The notes beneath the pieces were generated by a model. It was not told where the DNA came from. It was given only the letters and a program-made list of their open reading frames with translations, and did no database searches. Below, piece after piece: positions 25,694 through 36,110 of a stretch of 42,218 nt of DNA. The position numbers and the translations under genes are program-made. This stretch comes from Octopus bimaculoides (Eukaryota). The stretch's first letter is position 1, and each line of letters opens with the position of its first letter. The stretch spans positions 54,368,704 to 54,410,921 of the forward strand of contig NC_068989.1 in NCBI RefSeq assembly GCF_001194135.2, written 5' to 3'.

Positions 25694-25730
<37 letters not shown>

Positions 25731-25731
<1 letters not shown>

Positions 25732-25858
25732 TCCTTTCTACTATAGGCACAAGGCCTGGATTTTGTACGGAGGGGGACAGTCGATCACATCTGGTACTTA
25801 ATTTATCGACCGCGAAAGGATGAAAGCAAAGTCGACCTCGGCGGAATTTAAACTGAGC
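25731..25858 (-). mobile_element. Group A SINE, 3' two-thirds
   Basis: CTACTATAGGCACAAGGCC tail through AAAGTCGACCTCGGCGGAATTTAAAC. Confidence 0.88.
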
Positions 25859-25943
25859 AAGAAGAAGAAGAAGAAGAAGAAGAAGAAGAAGAAGAAGAAG
25901 AAGAAGAAGAAGAAGAAGAAGATGATGATGATGATGATGATGC

Positions 25944-25984
<41 letters not shown>
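25859..25984. repeat. (GAA)n-(GAT)n compound microsatellite
   Basis: Read directly. Confidence 0.95.
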
Positions 25985-25986
<2 letters not shown>

Positions 25987-26625
25987 AGTTGAATAAGAAC
26001 AAAGAATGAGTGAAAAAATGAAATCTGGAGAAGGGATTCAAAAGAAATATGAAAAATGAAATTAAATATGGCGCAGGAAAGAAAAAGCAAAGAGAGACAC
26101 AGAGACACATAGAGAAAGAGTGAGTGACAGACAGAAAGAGGGTGGGAGAGAGGAAAGGAAGGAGGAGAATGTTGAGAATAAGGAAGTTAAATGGGGGTAG
26201 AAGGCACTGGCGGGAAAGTCGAGACTTGGAGAAAGACATGCACAATGCTGAAACGGGAGGAGTCAAGTAAGAGTGTCTGAGTAGGAGGAGTTAAGACGAA
26301 GATGATGAACCAAAGGAAAGGGGAAATGTAGAAGTATTGAACGAGAGGGGGAGACAAGGTGGTAGAGGAGGTTAGAGATAAAACGAAAGCGGTAGAAAGG
26401 AATACTGACAGAGAAGGAGGAGTGGGATAAGAAGGGACGAGGACAAATGAGGGGGATGGAAGGAGGAGAGATAGAGGAGGAAGTGAAGAACTCAGAGTAG
26501 GAGGAGACAAAGAAAAAGCGGTAGAAGTAGACGTGGACAGAGGAGAGAAGGCGGACGAAAACGAATGAAGACAGAGATTGTGGAGGGAAAAGGAAGAGAA
26601 GGAGAAGGTGCTGGAAGCGAAGCGA

Positions 26626-26650
26626 GGGGCGGAGCTATATAGCGTCATGG
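26626..26650 (+). promoter_or_regulatory. Candidate core promoter: GC-box, TATA-like element and CRE half-site
   Basis: GGGGCGGAGC (26626-35) abuts TATATAG (26636-42), followed by GCGTCAT (TGACG on the minus strand), inside a CpG-rich patch. Function is untested. Confidence 0.35.
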
Positions 26651-26877
26651 CGTGGCCACTGAATGCTTGCGTTGTGTTCGGTTGTTTCCGTTGGGAGACG
26701 GCATGGCCAAGACAGCAGTTGCAGCAGACACCAGACAGGCAGCAAGAAGCAGACAACGAATAAAAGCAGCAGAATGGAAGAATAAAAGAATGAATAAAAC
26801 GAACGAATAAGCATGAAATAGGCGGTCTCCACACAAGTAACTAAGTTCAGCAATAACGGACAAGCAAGCGCAAGGCC

Positions 26878-26920
<43 letters not shown>
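26878..26920. repeat. (TAG)n microsatellite
   Basis: Read directly. Confidence 0.95.
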
Positions 26921-26922
<2 letters not shown>

Positions 26923-27361
26923 TGCAGCAGCAGCAACGGTGGCAGCGGTGGCAGTGGTGTTGCTGAGGAGGTGGACTAATGAAGAGCAGTGGGGGGAGAT
27001 ATGATATGTGAGAGGCGCAGGAAGCTGAGGAAGAGGGGAACAACAGAATGAGAAGTGACAGGGTAGAAATGGTGAGAGTAGGGGGAAGAGATTGCATAGA
27101 AACAGAGGGAGGGAAAGCGGGAAGGGGTGGTGGAGAGGGTTGTAAAAGGAGAACGACAGCGTAGAATAAAGGAAGGACGAGAGTAACGCAGAGAAGATGG
27201 TGGTGGTGGTGGTGGTGGAGGAGTTGTAACATTTAGAAGACGTTACACACACACACACACACACGACACACACACACACACCAGCGCGCACGCAGACACG
27301 CACACACGTACACACGTACACACTTACTTGCACACCACACAGAATCACATATATTCATATA

Positions 27362-27487
27362 GGCGCAGGCGTGGTTCTGAGGTAGGAAGTTTGCTTCTCA
27401 ACCACATAGTTCTGGGTTCAGTCCTACTGCGGGGCACATTGGCCTAATGTCTTCCTACTATACCCACGGGTTGATCAAAGCTTTGTG
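27362..27487 (+). mobile_element. Group B SINE, tRNA head and core only
   Basis: GGCGCAGGCGTGG..CTGGGTTCAGTCCTACTGC..TGTCTTCCTACTATA. Confidence 0.85.
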
Positions 27488-27604
27488 TGTGTGCGCGTGA
27501 GTGTGTGTTTGGGTGTAATTATCTCAATTGGAGTATCATGAGTTCGTGTCATGCTAGTGGTAGTGTAATGTTCTATGGATCAGAACGGATTCTTTTACTC
27601 TTTT

Positions 27605-27814
27605 TTTCTTTCTTTTACTTCTTTCAGTCATTTGACTGCGGCCATGCTGTAGCACCGCCTGTAGTCGAGCAAATCGACCCCAGAATTTATTATTTGTAAG
27701 CCTAGTACTTATTATATCGGTATCTTTTGCCGAACCGCTAAGTGACGGTGACGTAAACGCACCAGCGTCGGTTGTCAACTACTACTACAACTACTACTAC
27801 AACTACTACTACTA

Positions 27815-27850
<36 letters not shown>

Positions 27851-28058
27851 GTTGGGGGACAAACGCAGACACAGACAGACACACATACACACACTCAACA
27901 GGCTTCTTTCAGTTTCCTTCTAGCATTTCCACTCACAAAGCTTTTGTCAGCCTGAAGCTATAGTAGAAGACACTCGCCCAAGGTGCCACGCAGTGAGACT
28001 GAACCCGGAACCATGTGGTTGGTAAGCAAGCTGCTTACCACACAGCCACTCCTGCGCC
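27605..28058 (-). mobile_element. Group B SINE, full length, with internal (CTA)n
   Basis: Tail to head ending CTCCTGCGCC; about 70 bp of (CTA)n at 27779-27848. Confidence 0.92.
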
Positions 28059-28470
28059 TATTGCATGTTATTGTTTCAAATGAACAAAGAGAAATAACTC
28101 TGTGTGGAAGGAAAAATAAATTAGAACAAACGTGAATAAAGGTGTATTAAATACTATACAAAATATTCATGTGTGTTTGTATCTGTGTACATGGTGTGTA
28201 TGTGTGTGCATATCTTTTATCCTTTTGTTTCAGTCATTTGACTGCGGCCATGCTGGAGCACCGCCTGTAGTCGACCAAATCGAGCCCAGGATTTATTCTT
28301 TGTAAGCCTAGTACTCATTCTATCAGACCCTTTTGCCGAACCGCTAGTTTACAGGGTACGAAAACGCACAAGCATCGGTTGTCAAGCGATGTCGGGGGGA
28401 CAGAGACACACAAACACACACGCACACACACACACACACATACACACACACATACACACACACATATATA

Positions 28471-28682
28471 TTGAGAAAAAAGGCCGCCAGAATTTTGGAA
28501 AAAAAATATTTTTATTTATTCATTATTATTAGCGTTCATTTATATTGTTCATTTATATAAAACAGATATCATATATAAATCAACAAGCTGTTTGTACATT
28601 CACAAAATTCTATTTGACAAGTTCGAGAAATGAATAAATAAAAAGATTTTTTTCCAAAATTCTGGCTGACCTTTTTTCTCAA
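28471..28682. mobile_element. Unclassified MITE, 212 bp, ~55 bp TIRs, TA flanks
   Basis: Left end TTGAGAAAAAAGGCCGCCAGAATTTTGGAAAAAAAATATTTTTATTTATTCATT. The right end in reverse complement is TTGAGAAAAAAGGTCAGCCAGAATTTTGGAAAAAAAATCTTTTATTTATTCATT. TA on both sides. Confidence 0.9.
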
Positions 28683-28694
28683 TATTCAGTTTCC

Positions 28695-28906
28695 TATTTC
28701 TTTATTGCCCACAAGGGGCTAAACATAGAGGGGATAAAAAAAGGACAGAAAAAAGGATTAAGTCGATTACATCGACCCCAGTGCGTAACTAGTACTTAAT
28801 TTATCGACTCCGAAAGGATGAAAGGCAAAGTCGACCTCGGCGGAATTTGAACTCAGAACGTAACGGCAGACGAAATACCACTAAGCATTTTGCCCAGCGT
28901 GCTAAC
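28695..28906 (-). mobile_element. Group A' SINE inserted into the group B SINE
   Basis: Group A body with the alternative tail, bracketed by the direct repeat GTTTCC at 28689-28694 and 28907-28912. Confidence 0.88.
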
Positions 28907-29041
28907 GTTTCCGTCTACCAAATCCACTCACAAGGCTTTGTTCGGCCCGAAGCTATAGTAGAAGACACTTGCCCAAAGTGCGACGCAGTGGGACTGAACC
29001 CGGAAGCATGTGATTGGCAAAGAAGCTATATATGTAAGTAT

Positions 29042-29347
29042 AAAAAAGGTAAAGAGCCCACTTCGGTCATAAATGATCATGGGATTGCACATAGAAAGTT
29101 CCCCTCTTGGGTACAAGCCTAGACAATGTTGTTTTTGTGGAAGACCAGGGGTCCCCATGCATACCAGTCGCCAATATTCATGCCCTTAGCACCAGTGACA
29201 TCTCTACTCATTTCTACAGCTGAGTGAACTAGAGCAACATGAAATAAAGTGACTTGCTTAAGAATAGAACACACAATCCGGTCCGGGAAACGAACTCACT
29301 ACCTCATGATTGTGAGCCTGACACTCTAACCACTGAGCCGTGTGCGT
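29042..29347 (-). mobile_element. Group C SINE with tail type 2 (ends ..CTCTTTACCTTTTTT)
   Basis: Head GGCTCAGTGGTTAGAGTGTC..GAGTTCG, core AAGCAAGTCACTTTATTTCATGTTGCTCTAGTTCACTCAGCTG, and a distinct tail reminiscent of RTE/BovB-type SINE tails. Confidence 0.8.
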
Positions 29348-29485
29348 GTATATTACCTATAAAAATGGCTCCAGAACTGTTCTCTTCAAAACTCTTAGGC
29401 CCTGAGTTATTATGCAACCTTCTTTTCTGCCGTTTAGTATATATGACTATGCATGTATGTATATGCATGTATTTGTAAGTATGTA

Positions 29486-30769
29486 CAGGGTGCGTAAGGT
29501 ATTTGAGGGCATACATTTTTTTTTTTNNNNNNNNNNTACATTTTTTTTTGGGGGGGGGGGTCATTGCTGCACTTTTTGTTTGCTATCTCTGTATAATCTT
29601 TGTTTCAGAAAATAATAATGGCAGACCCTCAGCTTACTCAAGAAATGAAAAAGCATGCTGTTATTGTGATTATAAAGGTTGATCATAGCGATTTAGAAAT
29701 ATCTCGATTTTTAAAAGTTGCCTGATCTTTCGTCTACAAAGTTTTTAAGGAGTTAGAGACTGAAGATGGAAACGTATCACCAGTATCAAAGCATAAAATG
29801 CATTCTAAACGCTCTGAAATCATCAGAATACCTGAATTTATCCAGCAAGTACAACAGACCATTGATTACAATCCTAAAATGTTCATTGGTCATTTACAAA
29901 AGATCTCCATGTGCCAAAAAGAACAGTCAGAAATGTTGTCCTCAAAGACATCAGATAAGTCTTATATGATGAGGAAATGTCAATTTGTCAGGAAAAGCAA
30001 AAGAAAATCACTACATCAGATTTAAAAGGCTCTTAAACTGACTGAAAAATCCAACAGCAGAAGATTTGATTTGGTTTTTCTCAATCGAGAAAAACTTCGA
30101 CCAAGATCAAAAGGTTAGCAGAGAAAATGACAGATGGTTATGTGCAGATCCTTCTGAAGTTTCAAGTGCTATGCATACAAAATTTCCTGCAGCTGTCATG
30201 GTTTTGGGGGTTGTCAGCAATGAAGGACATGTGATGCCTCCTTACTTCTTTCCACAAGGTTTTAGAGTTAACTCTGTCGCCTACATTGGGGTCCTGGAAA
30301 TAATTGTTAAGCCCCGGATAGACAGTGTATGCAATGGAAGGCCATATGTGTTTCAGTAAGACTCTGCACTATCACACATGGCTCTAGTAACACAGGAATG
30401 GATAACTGAAAATTTTCATGATCACATAACATCTAACATTTGGCCTCCTAATTCCCCAGATCTCAATCCATTGGACTATTACATGTGGAGCATTGTTGAG
30501 AGAGTTAATGAACATGTCCATAATACCAAAAGCTGCCATAGTCAGAGTAATGTCCAAAATGAACCAGGATCACTTGATTTGAGCATGTAGATGATTTAGA
30601 TCTCATACAGAAGCAGTTGTTGAAGCTGAAGGTGGCTTTATTGAATAACATTATAGAAAAGTTTCTTTTTATACTCGTTGCATTTTTTGATAAATAAAGC
30701 TATTATCTGTTATTATGTATGTTTTTTTTTTATAAACATAAATTGTCCTCAAATATTTTACAAACTCTG
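29486..30769 (+). mobile_element. Near full-length Tc1/mariner DD37D (maT-type) transposon
   Basis: TA-CAGGGTGCGTAAGGTATTTGAGGGCA ... TGTCCTCAAATATTTTACAAACTCTG-TA TIRs, about 1.28 kb, enclosing a transposase pseudogene. Confidence 0.93.
29618..30648 (+). pseudogene. DD37D transposase pseudogene
   Basis: MADPQLTQE.. HTH region; WFFS(I)EKNF (first Asp mutated); KFPAAVMVLGVVSNEG; PYVFQ*D; 37 residues; WPPNSPDLNPLDYYMW; ..EAVVEAEGGFIE*. Several stops and frameshifts. Confidence 0.92.
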
Positions 30770-30785
30770 TATATAGTTATGTATG

Positions 30786-30819
<34 letters not shown>

Positions 30820-31199
30820 TGTATGTATGTACCCACTATTTCCATTCGATATTATTGATAACATACAATATAATGAGTCCTTTTTTTTCTTTAATTCTTT
30901 CTTCATACTTGTACATTATATAATCCTTAAGCTTAATGTCAGTAGTTTATGAAAAAAATACGAAAATCATTGTATAGAACTGTGCGCTTCACAGTTCCAG
31001 CGGCGCGGTGTTTGGCTGTCGTGCGCATGCTCACATGTCCGAGATAGGAAGTTGCATGCTATGGAGAGAGAGCACTGTGGTTCACGCAGTGCCAACCATG
31101 GTGTGCTGGTGAAAAGTAATGTTTCTTTTTAACTCTGCGTGTATTGCAGAATTAGATTATTATCCTATTTCCTACTACAATGTTGCTGCCGGGATTTAA

Positions 31200-31452
31200 A
31201 AAATAATTCCCCCCACCCCCCTTATTTTGTGATTTAGGGGGAATTTTTTAAAAAGAAGGGGAATTCGCGGTGGTGTTCAGTGAACAAATTAAACACTCTA
31301 CTCGGCAGTGGCTAAAACGCGAACCGATCAAGTTTATGTATAAATTTTCTTTTTATATGTTTGTTTCCTCTTACACAATATTAAAACAACGGCTAAAAAT
31401 TTTCTGAAGTAGCCCCCCCCTCCTCACTGATTTTATCTACGAGCCGCCACTG
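31200..31452 (-). mobile_element. Probable solo terminus of a DNA transposon or MITE
   Basis: Minus strand begins CAGTGGCGGCTCGTAGATAAAATCAGTGAGGAGGGGGGGGC, resembling CAGTGGCG..GGGGG transposon ends. No matching partner end seen. Confidence 0.35.
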
Positions 31453-31470
31453 TATGTATGTATGTAACGC

Positions 31471-31655
31471 AGAGAGCTGGCAGAATCGTTGGCACGCATG
31501 GCGAAATGCTTAGCAGCATTTCGTCAGTCTTAACGTTCTGAGTTCAAATTCCACCTAGGTCAACTTTTCCTTTCATCCTTTCGGGGTCGATAAATTAAGT
31601 ACCAGTGAAACACTGGGATCGATGTAATCGACTAGTGTCTTTAGTAGAAAGGATT
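31471..31655 (+). mobile_element. Group A SINE
   Basis: GAGCTGGCAGAATCGTTGGCACG..GAGTTCAAATTCC..CATCCTTTCGGGGTCGATAAATTAAGTACCAGT..TAGTAGAAAGG, with a deletion in the tail. Confidence 0.9.
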
Positions 31656-32195
31656 ATGTATGTATGTATATATATATATATAGTATATGAATATGAATAT
31701 ATATATATGCATATATGTATGCATGTATGTATGTATTATATATATAGATAGATATATATATGTATGTATGTATGTATGTGTATANNNNNNNNNNNNNNNN
31801 NNNNNNNNNNNNNNNNNNNNNNNNNNNNNNNNNNNNNNNNNNNNNNNNNNNNNNNNNNNNNNNNNNNNNNNNNNNNNNNNNNNNNNNNNNNNNNNNNNNN
31901 NNNNNNNNNNNNNNNNNNNNNNNNNNNNNNNNNNNNNNNNNNNNNNNNNNNNNNNNNNNNNNNNNNNNNNNNNNNNNNNNNNNNNNNNNNNNNNNNNNNN
32001 NNNNNNNNNNNNNNNNNNNNNNNNNNNNNNNNNNNNNNNNNNNNNNNNNNNNNNNNNNNNNNNNNNNNNNNNNNNNNNNNNNNNNNNNNNNNNNNNNNNN
32101 NNNNNNNNNNNNNNNNNNNNNNNNNNNNNNNNNNNNNNNNNNNNNNNNNNNNNNNNNNNNNNNNNNNNNNNNNNNNNNNNNNNATATATATATAC

Positions 32196-32226
<31 letters not shown>

Positions 32227-32803
32227 CATATATATATACATATAGATAGATAGATAGATTAGATAGATAGATGGATAGATAGATTGATTGATAGATATTC
32301 GCAAGCAATTAGTGATTTATTCTGTTGTTAGATGGAAGTTCCCCACATCTAAGTATAAGACCCATTGAGGAAGGCTGTCAGGTGGTCGTGTATGCTGCAA
32401 ACTAAAAAGAACGGATTGCCGGACTGGTATGGTGTAAGGGACACTACCCAGTCTCGACCGACATAATGATTAAAAAAAAGAGAGGGCAAGTATTCACTTT
32501 ACTCGTTAGATCTGATGCAGTAAAGCAAGCGGGGGCAATGTTTTTCGAGAAGCGAACAGCATAAGGCATGGTTAATCAACAGGGAGGCCACACAACTACC
32601 AAACAAAAAAAAAAATGAATCAAGCTAATTTTTCACTCGCGTGCCATTCAGAATGTTCTGCATGCTGCAATTTGCCAATGACTTGTGTGAAGCGATCCGA
32701 GGAAACTTATATTCAAAGGCGTTCCAGTCGTAACCAACTCGTCTTTCTCTTGATCTTAAACATAATTAATACGGAATTCTCTTAAGTGAATACCCTTTAA
32801 AGT

Positions 32804-33043
32804 GGAAGCACATGGCTTAATGGTTCGGGTGTTGGACTCATGATCGTGACATTGTGGTTTCGATCCCTGGACCGGGAGATGTGTTGTGCTTTTGAGTAAA
32901 ACACTTCATTTCACATTGCTCCAGTCGATGCAGCTGGCAAAATGACGAATCCTGCGACGGACCGGCGTCCCGTCCAGGTGGGAAATTTATACGCCATGGG
33001 AAGCGGGAAACCAGCCCTTGTGAATCGGCATAACTCCAGAAGG
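32804..33043 (+). mobile_element. Group C SINE with tail type 1
   Basis: Head GCACATGGCTTAATGG..GGTTTCGATCCC, core TTGAGTAAAACACTTCATTTCACATTGCTCCAGT, tail CCTGCGACGGACCGGCGTCCCGTCCAGG. Confidence 0.85.
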
Positions 33044-33903
33044 TATCCTTTATCTTCACCTCAAATACCCTTCAAAGAGATAGTTTGAATTCTGTTTGAT
33101 ACCAATACGCCTGTTTCTTTCAGTTTTTTTGTTGTTTTTTTTAGTTGAGAGGGAGGATAGCAGGAGAAATGTTCATAGTAGATTAAATAACCACATAGAC
33201 GCTCCCTCTTCGGTCATTTCTGTTGGTTGGTACTTTTATAGTTGGTACCGTTTAGCCTCGGAGTAAGTCCTGATTTTGCAAACCAATTCCAACCGTCACA
33301 ATTTCGTCTGAATGTTATTTATTCAGCAAGAGTGCACCACTGGCTACACTATTTTTAGGGGCGGGGGGTTAAGCCATAAAAATATATGTTTAGGGAGAAA
33401 TGACTTCTATTTCTGGTAAGCTCAAGTACCACTTACTGGTGGTTGGCAGGTACAAGATTATCTGATAAACTCATTAATTCATTAAATTATTCATTGATTG
33501 GTCTAGTCGTTTGTTTATTCGTTCTTTTGTTCGTGTGTGTGTATGGGTGAGAATGCCTTTGTGTGTGTGTGCATATATGTGTTTGTGTGCGTATACGTAT
33601 GAGTCGGTATGTGTTCAGTCTCATTGTCGTCTGCTCCACTCAAAACATACGATGAAGCGTAAAACTAAATGAAAATGAATGTATATATGGCGGCCTACGA
33701 TGATAAGTTTGAATTTTACAAACAAAGGACAGCAATGTAGTGAAATGAGAAACATAAGTAGAAAAGTGTGGCACGGAGAGAGGTACACACACATAGAATA
33801 TATACACACATAAATATACGTATATTCATACCCACAGTAAAACACAATCAAATCATACACACATACACTTACATATAGAGAGAAAGTCACGCATTCTTAC
33901 ACA

Positions 33904-33944
<41 letters not shown>

Positions 33945-34512
33945 ACGCACACACGCACACACACACACTGTAACATGTGAAATCTAATTTACTAGAATGA
34001 GTAATAAATTACAATAATCACAAATCATTTATTTAATGAATAATGGAAGATAAATTAGTTACTTAGGAATAAGAACGGTATTAAAAGATTAACTCGTATA
34101 TAAATATNNNNNNNNNNNNNNNNNNNNNNNNNNNNNNNNNNNNNNNNNNNNNNNNNNNNNNNNNNNNNNNNNNNNNNNNNNNNNNNNNNNNNNNNNNNNN
34201 NNNNNNNNNNNNNNNNNNNNNNNNNNNNNNNNNNNNNNNNNNNNNNNNNNNNNNNNNNNNNNNNNNNNNNNNNNNNNNNNNNNNNNNNNNNNNNNNNNNN
34301 NNNNNNNNNNNNNNNNNNNNNNNNNNNNNNNNNNNNNNNNNNNNNNNNNNNNNNNNNNNNNNNNNNNNNNNNNNNNATACTCATATATATGTGTATGTGT
34401 GTGTGTGCGTGTGCGTGTATGTATACATATACGTATATATAGTTCTATACTTATATACATATGCATACATATATTTACCGTTAGATGTTGACAGACAGAC
34501 AGACAGACAAAT

Positions 34513-34513
34513 T

Positions 34514-34568
<55 letters not shown>
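34513..34568. repeat. (GATA)n microsatellite
   Basis: Read directly. Confidence 0.95.
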
Positions 34569-34569
<1 letters not shown>

Positions 34570-34716
34570 TGTGTGTATATGTACACCAATACGCACGAGC
34601 GTATATGTGAGTGAACATACGTGTCGGTGTGTATAGATAAATATGTATATGTGTTTCTCTTAAACTTATATTTGCTAGGACTATTTATAACTTCTGAAGA
34701 GTTCTCTTTGACCATT

Positions 34717-34899
34717 AATTTTAGGGAAAGAGGTGAGTCGATTACATCGACTCCAGTACTTGACTGGTACTTATTTTATCGATCCCAGAAAGATGAATAG
34801 CAAAGTTGACCACGGCAGGATTTGAACTCAAAACATGGAGAGCCAGAAGAAATGCCGCTAAGCATTTTGTCCAATGCACAAACGATTCGTCAGCGCAGT
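34717..34899 (-). mobile_element. Group A SINE
   Basis: GTCGATTACATCGAC, CTGGTACTTATTTTATCGATCCC, GGATTTGAACTCA, CCGCTAAGCATTT. Confidence 0.88.
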
Positions 34900-34922
34900 C
34901 TTCGTTACCGAAAGAATTATCA

Positions 34923-35118
34923 TTTCTGATATAGGCACAAGACCTGAAATTTGCGAGAAGGGTTCCTTAATACTATCAAAATAGTACATGACTGGTATCT
35001 TATTTTATCGATCTCAGAGGAATGAAACGCAATGCTGACCACGGCAAGAATTCGGTCCAGAAAAGCAGAAATCCTTCGAGGCACTCTGTTCGATGCTCTG
35101 TTGATTCCGACAATCCAC
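34923..35118 (-). mobile_element. Group A SINE (older), tandem with the previous copy
   Basis: ATAGGCACAAGACCTGAAATTT tail and GACTGGTATCTTATTTTATCGATC core. Confidence 0.75.
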
Positions 35119-35288
35119 TCTCACCAAAACAATAATCATAAGAATAAACTACAATTTATTTATTATTTATTGTTTATTGTTTTTAATTCATTTTAAAAGT
35201 GGTTATGTCATGACTCCAGAAAGATAAAAGAGTATATGACCCTCACTGGATTTGGACTCAGAACGTACACTGGACGTTATTTAATACT

Positions 35289-35614
35289 AGGGTCTGGCAC
35301 TCCGTCTGTTACGACGACGAGGGTTCCAGTTAATCCGATCAACGGAACAGCCGGCTCGTGAAATTAACGTGCAAGTGGCTGAGCACTCCACAGATGCACG
35401 TACCCTTAACGTGCTTCTGAGGGAAATTCAGCGCGACACGGTGTAACAAGGTTGGCCCTTTCAAATACAGCTACAACTTATTTTTGCCAGCTGAGTGGAC
35501 TGGGGCAACGGGAAATAAAGTATCTTGCTCAAGGACACAATGCGTTGCCGGGAGGTGAACTCACGCTCTTACGATCGTGAGCCGAATACACTAACCACTA
35601 AGCCACTCGTCTTC
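35289..35614 (-). mobile_element. Group C SINE with tail type 3
   Basis: Head GTGGCTTAGTGGTTAG..GAGTTCACCTCCC, core GTGTCCTTGAGCAAGATACTTTATTTCCCGTTGCCCCAGTCCACTCAGCTGGCAAAAA, and a distinct ~180 bp tail. Confidence 0.85.
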
Positions 35615-35649
35615 ACAACTGGGGTCTAATTTAGATACAATAACCACCA

Positions 35650-35862
35650 TTTTAAGTGGAGGGAGTTAGTTGATTCCACCGATCCCAGTACAAGACTGGT
35701 GCTATAGTTTATCGATATCGAAGGGATGAAAGGCAAATTTGATCACGGCGGGATTTGAACTAATGACAGTAAAATAAAAATAAAAATTTATAAAAATGAA
35801 AGACAGAAAAAATACTGCAAACCATTTTTCCAACGCCCTAACGATTTTGCTAGCTCGACACC
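35650..35862 (-). mobile_element. Group A SINE (diverged, interrupted by an A-rich tract)
   Basis: GGATGAAAGGCAAATTTGATCACGGCGGGATTTGAAC ... CTAACGATTTTGCTAGCTCG. Confidence 0.75.
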
Positions 35863-36110
35863 ATCTCGTAAATTAATACTAATTGCTAGTATTTTTTGCA
35901 GAAACGGAAGAGTGGGGTACAACATTAAACAAACTAATCTCTCTGAGAAATTTCTCCAAGAGAAAATAATACAACCAGTACCGATCAACGTTTGTGTATG
36001 CATTACATTTTTTTTTACAAATAATCAGTTTAATATAATGTTGCTTCAAGTGCGTATGTCAATTTAATTTTAACCTGGCCAGCTTTTCGGCCTAGCTCAG
36101 ATTGTTTGAG

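Larger units (their letters stand above)
28213..29027 (-). mobile_element. Group B SINE split by two nested insertions
   Basis: 3' half at 28213-28470, residual TTCAGTTTCC at 28685-28694, 5' half at 28907-29027. Confidence 0.85.

Noticed and set aside
26187-27348. Three overlapping 195-237 aa minus-strand ORFs rich in S, L, F and P
   Set aside because: The pyrimidine-rich strand is depleted of stop codons in all frames; composition reflects skew, not coding.
31073-31079. CACTGTG as a RAG/Transib recombination-signal heptamer
   Set aside because: No ACAAAAACC-like nonamer at 12- or 23-bp spacing; the heptamer is better explained as a hairpin arm.
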